A DNA stretch of 64,000 nt from Candidatus Latescibacterota bacterium (GCA_965215195.1 CBDCDC010000002.1:4000001-4064000); one strand, 5' to 3'. Shown: positions 10,604 to 21,379, counted from the first letter of the stretch. Translations and numbers: made by a program. The notes: generated by a model not told the origin, from the sequence alone.

Positions 10604-11556
10604 GCCGGCTAGCGCGCGTCGATCTCAACCAAGTCCCGCTCGACCGCCATAGTTTCATCGGCCAAGCGGTCGCCGCAGGCCTCGAATACGAGCAGTTGCC
10701 GCCGCACTTTATGGATTCCCTGCGGGCCTATCTGCAAATCCGCGGGTTGGGCTTTGCCCAGCGCCAGCGCACCGGCATCGCCCTCGGCCGCGACCAGTTG
10801 CGCCAAGGCATGGAGCGGACCTTGGCGTGCATGGACTTGGCCTTAGAGGAGGAAAGCGGCGGCGACCTCAACGCAGCCATCGCCAAGCTGGCCCGCGACC
10901 CGTTTGACGCGCTCTACAAGCAGGGCTGGGAGCGCGCTTTCCGGCGCTTGGAACAGATGCGCCAGCAGGCCCGCGCCTTGGCCGACTGTCCCGAGCTGGG
11001 CTTTTGGCCCAAGCTGCGCCCCAAAGTCGCGGCCCTAGCCAAGCTCGTGCCCGAGGCGTGGACCGGCCCCAGTGCCATTGACCTGCGCACCGACGGCCAG
11101 ACGCTGCAAGAATTAACCGGCAAGATGGCCTTGGTGCGCTCGTTGCCCAAGCCGTCGGTGGCCGATTTGCTCGAGCAGGTCGAGGTGGATTTTGCCGGCG
11201 TGCTGCACCGCGTCATTTTGGCGTTGGCGCTGGGGCGCACCGAACTAGTGGTCAACGAGATGCACGTGTCGCGCTTTCGCGCTGAGTGCTTTGCTGAGGG
11301 TAAGATGCGGCCCGAGCTGCGCCGGCAGGTGCTGGAGCAGGTAGCCGGGCAGCTAAAGAATGAGGTGGATGACCCGGCGGTCAGGGCCAAAATTGCCGAC
11401 GAATTCCGCGCCGAGACCGAGGCGTTGGAAAAGGCCATCGCCGCAGGCAACCTCGACGCGCTCTTGCTGCCACCGGAGGAGTGGGTCGGTGCGGCCGCGG
11501 CAAAAGCGGACGCGCAAGCAGCGATGTCGCTTTTTTCGTCTGAGGAATTTGAGTAG
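10600..11556 (+). CDS. Hypothetical protein (possibly DUF6178-like)
   Basis: GTG overlaps the previous stop; LALEEESGGDLNAAIAKLARDPFDALYKQGW recalls DUF6178 (weak). Confidence 0.6.
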   Translation: MSRLARVDLNQVPLDRHSFIGQAVAAGLEYEQLPPHFMDSLRAYLQIRGLGFAQRQRTGIALGRDQLRQGMERTLACMDLALEEESGGDLNAAIAKLARDPFDALYKQGWERAFRRLEQMRQQARALADCPELGFWPKLRPKVAALAKLVPEAWTGPSAIDLRTDGQTLQELTGKMALVRSLPKPSVADLLEQVEVDFAGVLHRVILALALGRTELVVNEMHVSRFRAECFAEGKMRPELRRQVLEQVAGQLKNEVDDPAVRAKIADEFRAETEALEKAIAAGNLDALLLPPEEWVGAAAAKADAQAAMSLFSSEEFE

Positions 11557-11598
11557 CTTTGCAAATTCCCATGCACTCCACACCTTCTGCGAGGTCTT

Positions 11599-12513
11599 AT
11601 GGCTCATCACGAATTCACCCCCACCCACTACCACACTACCATTGGCTGGCACGAGCCCGTGCTGGCCATTGCCCCCGGCGATGCGGTCTCTACCACGACC
11701 GTTGACGCCCGCGGCCAAGACCAGCACGGCGAGCAAGTCACCGAACGCGGCAACCCGATGACCGGCCCTTTCTACATAGAAGGAGCCGAGCCGGGCGACA
11801 CCTTGGTCGTCCACTTCGACAAGCTCTACCCCAACCGCGACTGGGGCTGGACGGCCAAGGAAATCGCGCCCCATGTGCTGGACCCGGGTTTTACAACTGG
11901 AATTGAGCGCGACGCCCAACCGCTCCGGTGGCCGATTGACCTAGCCGCAGGGACGGCAATCCAGCCGGACGTGCTGCCGGGCTTGGTTCTGCCGCTCAAC
12001 CCGATGCTGGGCTGTTTCGGGGTGGCCCCCCCGCGCGGGCAGGCCATTTCCACGGCCACCTCTTCGACCCACGGCGGCAACATGGACTACCGCGGCTTTG
12101 TCGCGGGGGTGACGGTCTATCTGCCGGTCGAGGCACCGGGTGCGCTCTTTCACTTGGGCGATGGGCATGCCGTGCAAGGCGATGGCGAGATCGTGGGCAC
12201 GGGCGTGGAAATTTCCTTTGACGCGACGTTTAGGGTCGAGTTGCACAAGGGCAAGCAAATTGGCTGGCCGCGCGGCGAAAACGCCACGCATATTTTCGCG
12301 GCCGGCAATGCGCGTCCTTTGGACCAGTGTGTGCAACACGCTACCAGCGAGATGGTGCGCTGGCTGGTAGAAGACTACAAGTTGTCCGCTTTGAGTGCGC
12401 ACGCGCTCTTGGGACAGTGCGTGGAATACGATGTGGGGAATGTGTACGACCCGGCTTATACGATGATCTGCAAAGTGGCCAAGTCGCTGCTGGCCGATTT
12501 GGGGGTAGGTTAA
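11599..12513 (+). CDS. Acetamidase/formamidase family protein
   Basis: MTGPFYIEGAEPGDTL, HGGNMD, GDGHAVQGDGE..GTGVE. Confidence 0.92.
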   Translation: MAHHEFTPTHYHTTIGWHEPVLAIAPGDAVSTTTVDARGQDQHGEQVTERGNPMTGPFYIEGAEPGDTLVVHFDKLYPNRDWGWTAKEIAPHVLDPGFTTGIERDAQPLRWPIDLAAGTAIQPDVLPGLVLPLNPMLGCFGVAPPRGQAISTATSSTHGGNMDYRGFVAGVTVYLPVEAPGALFHLGDGHAVQGDGEIVGTGVEISFDATFRVELHKGKQIGWPRGENATHIFAAGNARPLDQCVQHATSEMVRWLVEDYKLSALSAHALLGQCVEYDVGNVYDPAYTMICKVAKSLLADLGVG

Positions 12514-12602
12514 GCCCTCGAAGCTGTTGGGCTAAACGCACACAGCGGGAAAGCTAGGGGCTGGCTGAACGCGCGGATTGCGCCGAATGACTCGACAGCT
12601 TC

Positions 12603-14126
12603 TCACAATGCGTCGTTAGAATTGGCGACGGACAGCTCCGCAATTGAATCCAAGCCTTCGGGCTGAGGCAGGACATAGCGGATCGGCTGAATGGTGCCGT
12701 CGCGCCGGCGCACCTGTTCGACGCGCTTGCACTTGATGACCGAGTGCTCAATGAGCAGGTCGTCGTCGATTTGGCAGCCGTACAGGTAGCTGGTGCCCTT
12801 GATGGTTACGCGCTCGCCCACGCGCATGGGGTGTTCGTCGCTGCCGGTCATAAGCACCCCGGACTCAATGCGGCTGTGTGCGCCAATCCGCAGGTTCCCC
12901 TTGATGATGTTGCGGCTGAGCACTTCGGCCCCTGCGCCGAGCGCGAGGGTTTGCCCGGGGTAAGTACTCAGTTCGACGCCGACGCCAATTTGTACGCCTT
13001 CGCCGAGCACCACGTGACCGCTCAGATGGCTGCGGTCGCCGATGGCGACTCGGCGGTTGAGCTGGACTTGGGGGCCGATGTAAGTGCCCTTGCCGATGAC
13101 GATGTCCAAGGGGCCGCATTCGGCGTCCATGTTGAGTATCCGCTCGATGACTTCGTCGGCGATAAAAAAGTCCTCTTCGTCGGCGATGGTGATGGTGTCC
13201 TTGAGCTTGTCGTAGGCCCAGCGCCGGGCTATGGCCTGCATCTGATGCCAGACGCTTTTGACGTTGAAGGCGAGGAGCTCCTCTTCGCTGTCGACCGTGG
13301 CTGCCCGCACTACGAGCTGGTGCTGATTGAAAATTTGCACCAAGTCGGTCAGCAGCAACTCGCCTTGGGCATTGTCGGTGTCGAGATGCTGGATGTACGT
13401 GCGCAGTGCGCTTTCTCTGAAGGCGAAGACGCCGGTGTTGATCTCGCGCGTGTCCAACAATTCTTGGCGCGTGAAGGAGTACGTGCGGCTGTTGTACGCG
13501 GCCTCGTAGGGCCTTGCCGCGTTGAGGCCGAGGATGTCCTTGTGCTCCCGGATTTCAATGACCTTGTCGCGGTCTGCACCCGCTGGCCGCCCCTCGGCGT
13601 CAATGGCTGGTACGCGCACGATGCGGCCATAGGAGTTGGTCGCGGCCGGGCCGCTGTACAGGCCGGTGAGCACCATCATGTCGCAGTCGGCGCTTTCAAA
13701 GCTGGTGCGGAAGTGGGCGACGACCTGCCCGGTCAACAAGCCCATGTCCCCTAAAAAGATGTACACGTCGCGGTTGGTCGCGGTCGCGGGGAAGGCTTGC
13801 AGGCCGACGCGCACGGCGTCGCCGGTTCCGGCCGGCCGGCCGAGGACCGGGTTTTCTTGGTACGCGAAAAGACGCCCCGGCCGGGGACCGGCTGCACGGG
13901 CCACGTCCGCGCCCTTGATGCCCACGACGATGACCTGATTGGGGCTGTCGAGCCCCTCTTGTACGGCGCGGGCCACGCGCATGGCCGTCGGCTGGCCCCA
14001 GATTTCGTGCAGCATCTTGGAGGTCTCCGAGCGGATGCGCTTGCCGTGGCCAGCCGCCAAGACGATGCCGATGCGGTGGATGTCGTCTAGAATCGGCGAA
14101 TTGATTTGTGCGAGCAGGTCGTGCAT
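12603..14126 (-). CDS. GlmU-like nucleotidyltransferase with hexapeptide-repeat C-terminus
   Basis: LAAGHGKRIRSETSKMLH, GTGDAV, YGRIVR, EINTGVFAF, NAQGELLLTD, left-handed beta-helix-like tail. Confidence 0.8.
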   Translation of the reverse strand: MHDLLAQINSPILDDIHRIGIVLAAGHGKRIRSETSKMLHEIWGQPTAMRVARAVQEGLDSPNQVIVVGIKGADVARAAGPRPGRLFAYQENPVLGRPAGTGDAVRVGLQAFPATATNRDVYIFLGDMGLLTGQVVAHFRTSFESADCDMMVLTGLYSGPAATNSYGRIVRVPAIDAEGRPAGADRDKVIEIREHKDILGLNAARPYEAAYNSRTYSFTRQELLDTREINTGVFAFRESALRTYIQHLDTDNAQGELLLTDLVQIFNQHQLVVRAATVDSEEELLAFNVKSVWHQMQAIARRWAYDKLKDTITIADEEDFFIADEVIERILNMDAECGPLDIVIGKGTYIGPQVQLNRRVAIGDRSHLSGHVVLGEGVQIGVGVELSTYPGQTLALGAGAEVLSRNIIKGNLRIGAHSRIESGVLMTGSDEHPMRVGERVTIKGTSYLYGCQIDDDLLIEHSVIKCKRVEQVRRRDGTIQPIRYVLPQPEGLDSIAELSVANSNDAL

Positions 14127-14340
14127 CAGGTCCTTTCCTATAGCTCTCTAGTTACCGGCTTCTCATATGCTCAAGTATGCCTGATAGCCGCAGCGGATCA
14201 AAACCGCGACCAGCGCAATACGTCCCTAAAGGTGCGGTGAACAGGGTGAAGCGGGCAGTGCCGGCTGCCGCCAGCGCGACGCCCATAGCGAACCACTGGC
14301 CACTAATCTAACGCAACGGTCGTGCATCGGGTTCCTTCGC

Positions 14341-16440
14341 CTAGCTCTCTAGAGCGTCGATGTCCTCGCCGAGGGCCGCGCGCATGAGCAGCTCCTGCAC
14401 GCTGTGGCCCGGGGTGGCCGCACTCGGGGGTTGGCGGCGGACGTACGTGCCGTCTGGGCGCATCTGCCGAGATTTGGCGCGATCGGCCAGCGCGAGCGCG
14501 AGCAGCTCGCGATAGATGCGCCGCTTCAGGCCCTGGTCCAAGATGGGGAAGACGACCTCGACCCGGCCGCGCAGGTTGCGACTCATCCAGTCCGCGCTGC
14601 CGAGCCAGACTTCCTCGTCGCCGCCGTTGGCAAAGTAAAAGACCCGGCTGTGCTCTAAGAAGCGGCCAATAATGCTGTACACGCGGATGTTCTCGCTGAT
14701 GCCGTTGAGGCCGGCGCGCAAGCAGCATATCCCGCGCACGATCAGATCGATCTCAACGCCGGCTTGCGAGGCTTGGAAGAGTGCGCGGATGATCGCTGGG
14801 TCCATCAAGCCGTTCATCTTGGCGATGATGGCGGCCGGTCGGCTGGTGCGGGCGTGTTGGCTCTCGCGCTCGATGCGGTCGAGCATGCCCTGCATCAGCC
14901 CGGCCGGGGCCACCAGCAGCTTCTCGAATTGGCTGGCGCGGTTGTGGGCCGTGAGCAGGTTGAAGACCTCGGCCACCTCTGCGGTGATGGTCGGCTCTGC
15001 GGTAATCAGCCCCAAATCCGTGTACAGCCGTGCGGTGGTGTGGTTGTAATTGCCAGTGCCCAAGTGGGCGTAGCGGCGCAGGCGATCTTGGTCGCGGCGC
15101 ACCAGCATGGAGAGCTTGCAATGGGTCTTCAGGCCCATGATGCCATAGACCACGTGGATGCCGCTGTCCTCGAGGCGCTTGGCCCACTCGATGTTGGCCG
15201 CTTCGTCGCCGCGGGCCTTTAGCTCGACGAGCACGGTCACTTCCTTGCGCCGCTCGGCCGCGTCAATGAGCGCTTGGCCCACCTCTGAATCGTCGCCCGT
15301 GCGGTAGATGGTCTGTTTGATGGCCAGCACTTTGGGGTCGTTGGCCGCCATGCGGATGAAGTCAGTAACCGTGGAAAACGATTCGTAGGGGTGGTGCAGG
15401 AGGATGTCGCCGGCGCGGATGGACGCGAAAAAGGCCTCCGGCTCTTTGGGCAAGTCGCGCTCAACCGGCGCGAAGGGAGCGTCTTTGAGCGCCGGGCGCG
15501 GGACGAGGTCGTACAGGGCCATGACGCGATGGAGATTGACCGGCCCGGCCGCCCTAAACACGAGGCTGTCGTCGAGGTCGAACTCCTGTTGCAAAAGCGA
15601 TACGAGCCGGTCGGGTGCGCCCGCGGCGATTTCCAGCCGCACGGCGTCGGCTTGGCGCTGCTTGGTTACTTGCTCGGCAATTTCTTCGAGCAGGTTGTCG
15701 GCGTCTTCCTCGTTGACGTACAGCTCGCTGTTGCGGGTGATGCGGAACGGGGCCGAGCCGAGGACCTCGTAGCCGCGGAACAGTTCGCTGACTTGCAGGT
15801 CCATGATCCCGGCCAAGGTCACAAAATGGCGGTCGCGGCCTTGGCCGGGCAGGGGCAGGATGCGCGGCAAGACGCGCGGCACGGTCGCCACGCCCATCAT
15901 CAACTGGCCCTGTCCTTCGAGCAGGGCACCGATGCACAGGGCCTTGTTGAGTACGCGGGGGAAGGGATGGGCCGGATCGACGACGATGGGCGTGAGGATC
16001 GGTTCGAGCTCTTCTTCCCAGTATTGATGCACAAAGTTGAGGTGCTCGCCTTGGATCTGGCGCGCCTCCCACAGGTAGATGCCCTCGGTCGCTAAGGCCG
16101 GAATGAGGTCCTCGTTCCAGCAGCGATACTGTTCGGCGACCTGCTCGTGGGCTCGTTGGGCGATGCGCTCGAGCTGCTCGGCCGGGGTCAGCCCGTCGGG
16201 GCGGCTGGGGTTGGCCCCCGACTCGTGCAATTGCAGCAAGCCGGCCACCCGGATTTCGTAGAACTCGTCGAGATTGCTGGCGACGATGGCCATGAACTTG
16301 ACGCGCTCTAACAAGGGGTTGTGCTCGTCTTGGGCTTCTTCGAGCACGCGGGCGTTAAAGTCGAGCCAGGAGAGCTCGCGGTTGATGTAGAGCGAGGGAT
16401 GGTCGAGCGCGGATTGCGCGTTGGGTTTTTTAACCTGCAT
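14341..16440 (-). CDS. ppk1: Polyphosphate kinase 1
   Basis: YINRELSWLDFNARVL, SNLDEFYEIRVAGL, LLHHPYESF, KTHCK, HLGTGNYN, GRFLEHSR, GSADWMSRNL. Confidence 0.97.
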   Translation of the reverse strand: MQVKKPNAQSALDHPSLYINRELSWLDFNARVLEEAQDEHNPLLERVKFMAIVASNLDEFYEIRVAGLLQLHESGANPSRPDGLTPAEQLERIAQRAHEQVAEQYRCWNEDLIPALATEGIYLWEARQIQGEHLNFVHQYWEEELEPILTPIVVDPAHPFPRVLNKALCIGALLEGQGQLMMGVATVPRVLPRILPLPGQGRDRHFVTLAGIMDLQVSELFRGYEVLGSAPFRITRNSELYVNEEDADNLLEEIAEQVTKQRQADAVRLEIAAGAPDRLVSLLQQEFDLDDSLVFRAAGPVNLHRVMALYDLVPRPALKDAPFAPVERDLPKEPEAFFASIRAGDILLHHPYESFSTVTDFIRMAANDPKVLAIKQTIYRTGDDSEVGQALIDAAERRKEVTVLVELKARGDEAANIEWAKRLEDSGIHVVYGIMGLKTHCKLSMLVRRDQDRLRRYAHLGTGNYNHTTARLYTDLGLITAEPTITAEVAEVFNLLTAHNRASQFEKLLVAPAGLMQGMLDRIERESQHARTSRPAAIIAKMNGLMDPAIIRALFQASQAGVEIDLIVRGICCLRAGLNGISENIRVYSIIGRFLEHSRVFYFANGGDEEVWLGSADWMSRNLRGRVEVVFPILDQGLKRRIYRELLALALADRAKSRQMRPDGTYVRRQPPSAATPGHSVQELLMRAALGEDIDALES

Positions 16441-16447
16441 GGGGGTG

Positions 16448-17251
16448 CTAGTCGAGCGCGGCAATGGTTTCCCGCACGAATTCCACCGACGTTTTGAGTG
16501 CTTCGCGGCGCTCGCCTTCAAGGCTGCACTCGTAGGCCAGATACCCGCTAAAGCCGATGTCCTTGAGGGCCTGTAAGCCGGCGCGCCAATTGATGTCGCC
16601 AGTGCCCGGCTGCATGCGCGTGTTGTCTGCCATGTGGACGTGGCCTACGTGGCGGCCGGCACGGCGCAAGGCGGCCGGGGTGTCGGTCTCTTCGATGTGC
16701 ATGTGGAAGAAGTCGCTGAGCAGGGCCACGCCTTGGGGGCTGCCGGCGCGCTCGATGATTTCGACGCCATCGGCTTGGCGGCGCAAGAGGTGTTGCTCGT
16801 AGCGGTTGAGGGGTTCCAAAAGGAGCAGGGTGCCTTGGCTGGCGGCATAGGCGGCGAGTTCTTTGACCAGCTCGACGAGCAGGGCCTTTTCGAGGGAAAT
16901 GGCGTCTTGGAGCGGCGAGAGGTCCGGGATGCGCGGCGGGCCGAAGATGGGGGGGACGATCTGGCCGGCGGCTTGGAAGTGGCCGCAAGCCGCAAGCTGG
17001 CGGCGGGTCTCGGCGAGGCTGTTGGTGCGCTTGCGCGGATCCGGGTCCAGCCAGTCAAAGGTCTCTTGGCCGCATATAGAAGCGATCTCGATGGAGCGGC
17101 CGGCGAGGGCCTGTTCGTACTGTTCGACGTGGTCGTACAGGCGCGAGCCACCGCTGACCTCTAGGCCCTCGACGGCGAGCGATTCGGCGAAATCGAGCTT
17201 TTCCGCGAGGCTTTCGCCGGGCAGCAGACCTTCCTGTAAGGCGATTTTCAT
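16448..17251 (-). CDS. Sugar phosphate isomerase/epimerase (xylose isomerase-like TIM barrel)
   Basis: LEPLNRYE, DFFHMHIEE, HVHMADNTR.PGTG, YLAYE. Confidence 0.9.
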   Translation of the reverse strand: MKIALQEGLLPGESLAEKLDFAESLAVEGLEVSGGSRLYDHVEQYEQALAGRSIEIASICGQETFDWLDPDPRKRTNSLAETRRQLAACGHFQAAGQIVPPIFGPPRIPDLSPLQDAISLEKALLVELVKELAAYAASQGTLLLLEPLNRYEQHLLRRQADGVEIIERAGSPQGVALLSDFFHMHIEETDTPAALRRAGRHVGHVHMADNTRMQPGTGDINWRAGLQALKDIGFSGYLAYECSLEGERREALKTSVEFVRETIAALD

Positions 17252-17277
17252 GGCGTCCTCTCTCCGGCGCTCCGGCG

Positions 17278-18300
17278 TTAAAACCGGACGCCGAGCTTGA
17301 TGTTTGCTTCGGGATGGGTGGCGATCTGGGGGTACGCGTTGAGCAGCTCGTCAAAGGGCACGATGGGCTGCACAATGGGCCGGCAATCGATTTGGCCGGC
17401 CGCGAGCAAGCGCCAGCAGACGTCGTAGATGCGGGCGTTGTCCCAATTGGGGTGGTCCGGGTTTGGCTCGCTGTTGGCGCGCGAGAACACAATGTGCGGC
17501 CGGTTCAGATGGGCTTCGGCCCCCAAGTCCAGCCCGGTCGTCCACGCCGCCGGATACGCGCCGGCCACGACCGTGCCCCGGTAGGCGACCCCGCGCAGGG
17601 CTTGCTGCATGGCGGCCGGATGCCCGCTGTAATCAATGATCACGTCGGCGCCGCGGTTGGCCGTGGCCTTCTTTATTTCCGCGCCGGCGTCGCATTGGGT
17701 GGGGTCAAGCACGAGGTCGGCGTCGCAGGCGCGGGCCACTGCGCGCCGGTTGGCCAGCGGGTCGAGGGCAATGACGGGATGGGCACCGGCCAAGCGGCAG
17801 CATTGCACGGCGATCAGGCCGATGGCCCCGAGGCCCGAGATGGCTACGGCGTCGCCAATGCGGACGTGCCCGTCGCGCACTGCGCCGAGGGCAAAATCCG
17901 CCGGGTCGAGGCAGACGGCCGCTTGCCAAGGGACCTCTGCCGGCAGGCGGCGTGCGGTTTCGGGCCAGACATGTTCCTCGCGGAACGGCCCGTAGGCAAA
18001 GACGCGGTCGCCTTGTTTGAGCCGGGTGACGCCCGGGCCCAGCTCTACGACTTCGCCGACGCCCATGTTGCCCAGCGGCACCGGATAGTGGACGCCCTCG
18101 CCTTGATAGTCGAAGATGCGCCGCTCGGAGTCGAAGCGGCCGCGCGGGCCGGCGTACCCCTTAAACAGGGACATTTCAGTGCCGTGCTTGGCGGCCGCGT
18201 ACAGGCTTTTGACGCGGACTTGGCCTTTGGCCAGCGGTGGGGATTCGCATTCCTGAAAGGCCACTTGTTCGGCGGCCGGGGCGATGAGCGCTCGGGGCAT
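17278..18300 (-). CDS. Zinc-binding (MDR) alcohol dehydrogenase family protein
   Basis: KHGTE, GNMGVGEVVELG, GLGAIG Rossmann motif. Confidence 0.85.
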   Translation of the reverse strand: MPRALIAPAAEQVAFQECESPPLAKGQVRVKSLYAAAKHGTEMSLFKGYAGPRGRFDSERRIFDYQGEGVHYPVPLGNMGVGEVVELGPGVTRLKQGDRVFAYGPFREEHVWPETARRLPAEVPWQAAVCLDPADFALGAVRDGHVRIGDAVAISGLGAIGLIAVQCCRLAGAHPVIALDPLANRRAVARACDADLVLDPTQCDAGAEIKKATANRGADVIIDYSGHPAAMQQALRGVAYRGTVVAGAYPAAWTTGLDLGAEAHLNRPHIVFSRANSEPNPDHPNWDNARIYDVCWRLLAAGQIDCRPIVQPIVPFDELLNAYPQIATHPEANIKLGVRF

Positions 18301-18379
18301 GGGGCGACTCGCTTGACGCTGGGCGCGTTTTTGGGGTTTATAGCGGGTCAAAATATACAATTCCAAGCGAGGATATGCC

Positions 18380-19345
18380 ATGCCAGAACGCGTCCAGATC
18401 GTAGTGCCCGGCGACAACCCAACCCAGATCGCCGGTTCGCCGCATTTGCAGCGGCTCGCTCCCTACGGGGATGTCGCCCTTTTCGAGGATACGCCGCAAA
18501 GCGCGGACGAGAAAATCGCGCGCGCCGAGGGAGCGCAAGTCATTATCAACACGCGCGGGGTCGTTACTTGGCGCGAGGAAATGCGCCGCTTGCCCGCGCT
18601 CGAGATGATTGCCACCTGCTCCATCGGCACGGACATGATCGACTTGGCAATTGCCAAGGAGCGCGGAATCGTGGTGTCGAATCAGCCCGGCCGCACCGCG
18701 CCGGTGGTGGCCGAGCACATGTTCGGGCTGATGTTTGCCCTGTCCAAGCGCGCCTATTTCCAGACCGCCGAGCTAAAGGCGGGTCGCTGGACGCGCAAGA
18801 TGAACACCATGTTGCAGGGCAAGGTGTTGGGCGTGGTGGGCACGGGTCCGATTGGCGCGGAGATGGCGCGGTTGGGGCGGGCCATCGGCATGGAGGTCAT
18901 CGCGTGGACCTTTCATCCGTCGCCTGAACGTGCGGCCGAATACGGGGTGCGCTTCGTCGAACTCGACGAGCTGTTGCAGACAGCCGATGTGGTCAGCCTG
19001 CACGTGAAGTTGACCGAGGACACCCGGCACTTGCTCGGGGTGCGCGAGTTTGGCCTGATGAAGGAGGGGGCCCTGTTGTTGAACGGCGCACGCGGCGACG
19101 TGCTGGACATCAATGCCTTGCGTGCGGCCCTGTTGGCCGAGCATTTGGGCGGGGCCGGGCTAGACGTGTTTCCCCAAGAGCCGCTGCCGAGCGACGATCC
19201 CATCCTCGACTGCGATCAGGTGGTGCTGACGCCCCATGCGGCCGATCAGACGCCCGAGGGGGTGGATTTGCTGAACGAGGGCGCGGTGGATAATGTGATT
19301 GCGTTTTTGGAGGGACGGCCGCAGAACAATGTGGCGGACTATTAG
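18380..19345 (+). CDS. D-isomer specific 2-hydroxyacid dehydrogenase
   Basis: VAEH, GTGPIG, LLNGARG, GLDVFPQEP, LTPHAA. Confidence 0.92.
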   Translation: MPERVQIVVPGDNPTQIAGSPHLQRLAPYGDVALFEDTPQSADEKIARAEGAQVIINTRGVVTWREEMRRLPALEMIATCSIGTDMIDLAIAKERGIVVSNQPGRTAPVVAEHMFGLMFALSKRAYFQTAELKAGRWTRKMNTMLQGKVLGVVGTGPIGAEMARLGRAIGMEVIAWTFHPSPERAAEYGVRFVELDELLQTADVVSLHVKLTEDTRHLLGVREFGLMKEGALLLNGARGDVLDINALRAALLAEHLGGAGLDVFPQEPLPSDDPILDCDQVVLTPHAADQTPEGVDLLNEGAVDNVIAFLEGRPQNNVADY

Positions 19346-19405
19346 GATTAGGACTGGGATGGATAGGGCGAGGGCGAGGGGCAACGCGCAAGCCGAGGAG
19401 AGGCT

Positions 19406-20116
19406 ATGAACGACGAAAAACAGCTCGACAAAGAAAAAAAGAAATTTGCCGCGGCCGCGGGGCGCGAGGCGTCCTTGGAAGCGGTGGACGATAAGGGGCG
19501 GACGGACCTGCACCGTGCAGCGACCTTGAACCTGCCCGTCCTGACTGCATCCCTGCTGCACAGCGGCATGGATGTCGACGTCAAGGACAAGGAAGGGATG
19601 ACGCCGCTGCACATTGCGTCAATGGAGCATGCGGTTGAGGTCCCGAGAGTTTTGCTGCACAGCGGGGCCGATGCCAACGCCAAGGATAAGGACGGCTTGA
19701 CGCCGCTGCACATTGCGACGGCGCGGAGTGCGATTGAAGTGGCGGAGCTTCTGCTGGAGCACGGCGCGGATATCAACGCCAAGAACTACTACAGCGGCCT
19801 GACGCCGCTGCACATTGTGACGATGCGAGATGCGGTTGAGGGTGCGAAGTTTCTGCTGGAGCGCGGCGCGGATGCCAACGCCAAGAACTACCACGATGGC
19901 CTGACGCCGCTGCACATTGCGACGATGCGAAATGTTTTTCGCGTGGCCGAGCTTTTGCTGGAGCACGGCGCGGATGTCAACGCCGAGACTAAAGAAGGCT
20001 GGACGTCGTTGTTTCTTGCAACACACAAAAAAGATACGGTCAGTGTGGTGCTCCGGTTCTTTGGGCTGGAGACGAGGATGGTGCGTTTGTTGCGCTGGCA
20101 CGGGGGCGAGGAGTAA
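19406..20116 (+). CDS. Ankyrin-repeat protein
   Basis: About 5-6 repeats of GxTPLHIA...LLEHGADxNAK. Confidence 0.93.
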   Translation: MNDEKQLDKEKKKFAAAAGREASLEAVDDKGRTDLHRAATLNLPVLTASLLHSGMDVDVKDKEGMTPLHIASMEHAVEVPRVLLHSGADANAKDKDGLTPLHIATARSAIEVAELLLEHGADINAKNYYSGLTPLHIVTMRDAVEGAKFLLERGADANAKNYHDGLTPLHIATMRNVFRVAELLLEHGADVNAETKEGWTSLFLATHKKDTVSVVLRFFGLETRMVRLLRWHGGEE

Positions 20117-20136
20117 AACAACAATAGGAGAGACTT

Positions 20137-21072
20137 ATGGGGCAGAAGAAGACCAGATTTAAGCTGCTTGCCATAGGCTTAGGCGTGGTTGCTCTCTTGG
20201 TTGGGGGCAAAATGTATGTCGATCATGCCGAACAGTCGGCGTTGGAGCAGCAGCGTCAGGAGCAGGCATTTGTCGAAGAGGTGGGGCGCATGCCCGATCC
20301 GCAGGAGAAGACCGACCTGCACGTTGCAGCGAGACTGAACCTACCCGTGCTGACTAGATCCCTGTTGGCTGGGGGCGCGGATGTCCACGCCAAAGACAGC
20401 AAGGGCCGGACGCCGCTGCACGTAGCGGCGAGTGTTGATACTTCTACGACAGCGGCAGTGTTGCTGGCTGGGGGCGCGGATGTCCACGCCAAAGACCCCA
20501 AGGGCCAGACGCCGCTGCACGTGGCGGCATTGAGGGATGCTTCTGCGACAGCGGCGGTGTTGTTAGCTGAGGGCGCGGATGTCCACGCCAAAGACCCCAA
20601 GGGCCGGACGCCACTGCACGTAGCGGCGAATGTTGATGCTTCTGCGGCGGCGGCGGTGTTGTTAGCTGAGGGCGCGGATGTCCACGCCAAAGACAGCTAT
20701 GGCTTTACCCCGTTGCACGTGGCGGCGGCTTCTGCGAGAGTGGCGGTAGTGCTGACTGAGGGGGCGGATGTCCGCGCCAAAGCCAGCAAGGGCCGGCCGC
20801 GGCCGCGCTTGGCGGCGTTGGGGGATGCTTCTGCGACAGCGGAGTTATTGCTGGCGCGGGGGGCGGATGTCGATGCCAAAACCAACAATGGCGACACGCC
20901 GCTGCATTTGGCGACGTTGCGGGATGCCTCTGCGACGGCGGAGTTATTGCTGGCGCGGGGGGCGGATGTCGATGCCAAAACCAACAATGGCGACACACCG
21001 CTGCATTTGGCGACGTTGGGGAATGCTTCTGCGACGGCCGAGGTGTTGCGCCGTTACGGTGCGCGAGAGTGA
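20137..21072 (+). CDS. Membrane-anchored ankyrin-repeat protein
   Basis: N-terminal TM (LLAIGLGVVALLVGG-KMYVDH); about 7 ankyrin repeats in 99-bp DNA units. Confidence 0.93.
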   Translation: MGQKKTRFKLLAIGLGVVALLVGGKMYVDHAEQSALEQQRQEQAFVEEVGRMPDPQEKTDLHVAARLNLPVLTRSLLAGGADVHAKDSKGRTPLHVAASVDTSTTAAVLLAGGADVHAKDPKGQTPLHVAALRDASATAAVLLAEGADVHAKDPKGRTPLHVAANVDASAAAAVLLAEGADVHAKDSYGFTPLHVAAASARVAVVLTEGADVRAKASKGRPRPRLAALGDASATAELLLARGADVDAKTNNGDTPLHLATLRDASATAELLLARGADVDAKTNNGDTPLHLATLGNASATAEVLRRYGARE

Positions 21073-21091
21073 GATACGCTGACTTTTGAAC

Positions 21092-21222
21092 CTTACTACA
21101 CGCCACCAGCCCTCAGCCGGCCAAGGATCGAGGGCATCTTGCCCTCGATCCCGGACCCATCGGAAACAGCAGAAAAGGCGTACTCAAAGTAAGGGCGCCT
21201 ACTTTAGGTGTCGTGTACTAAG
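21092..21222. mobile_element. MITE copy 2
   Basis: CTTACTACACGCC ... GTCGTGTACTAAG ends; 9-bp TSD CTTTTGAAC on both sides; a single GAGGGCATCTTGCCCTC palindrome. Confidence 0.88.
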
Positions 21223-21230
21223 CTTTTGAA

Positions 21231-21266
21231 CTAAAAGCCTGCGCCCGTGAAAACGGGTGGCGCGGT
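21231..21266. repeat. 36-bp dispersed repeat with GAAA-loop hairpin (inverted copy at 46215-46250)
   Basis: CTAAAAGCCTGCGCCCGTGAAAACGGGTGGCGCGGT, 36/36 identical to the reverse complement of 46215-46250. Confidence 0.85.
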
Positions 21267-21379
21267 GAAGCCGGCGGACGTGAGAAGGACGATTCGAGGG
21301 CCGCCGCACCTTGGGACGGGAAGCGAGACCGCGGCGAGCCCAAGTGCGCACCATCAGTGAATAATTCGGCGAAGAGCTT

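Noticed and set aside
17314-18927. 537-aa plus-strand ORF, and similar long overlapping ORFs such as 46331-48271
   Set aside because: Shadow ORFs of real genes in high-GC DNA; no recognisable motifs
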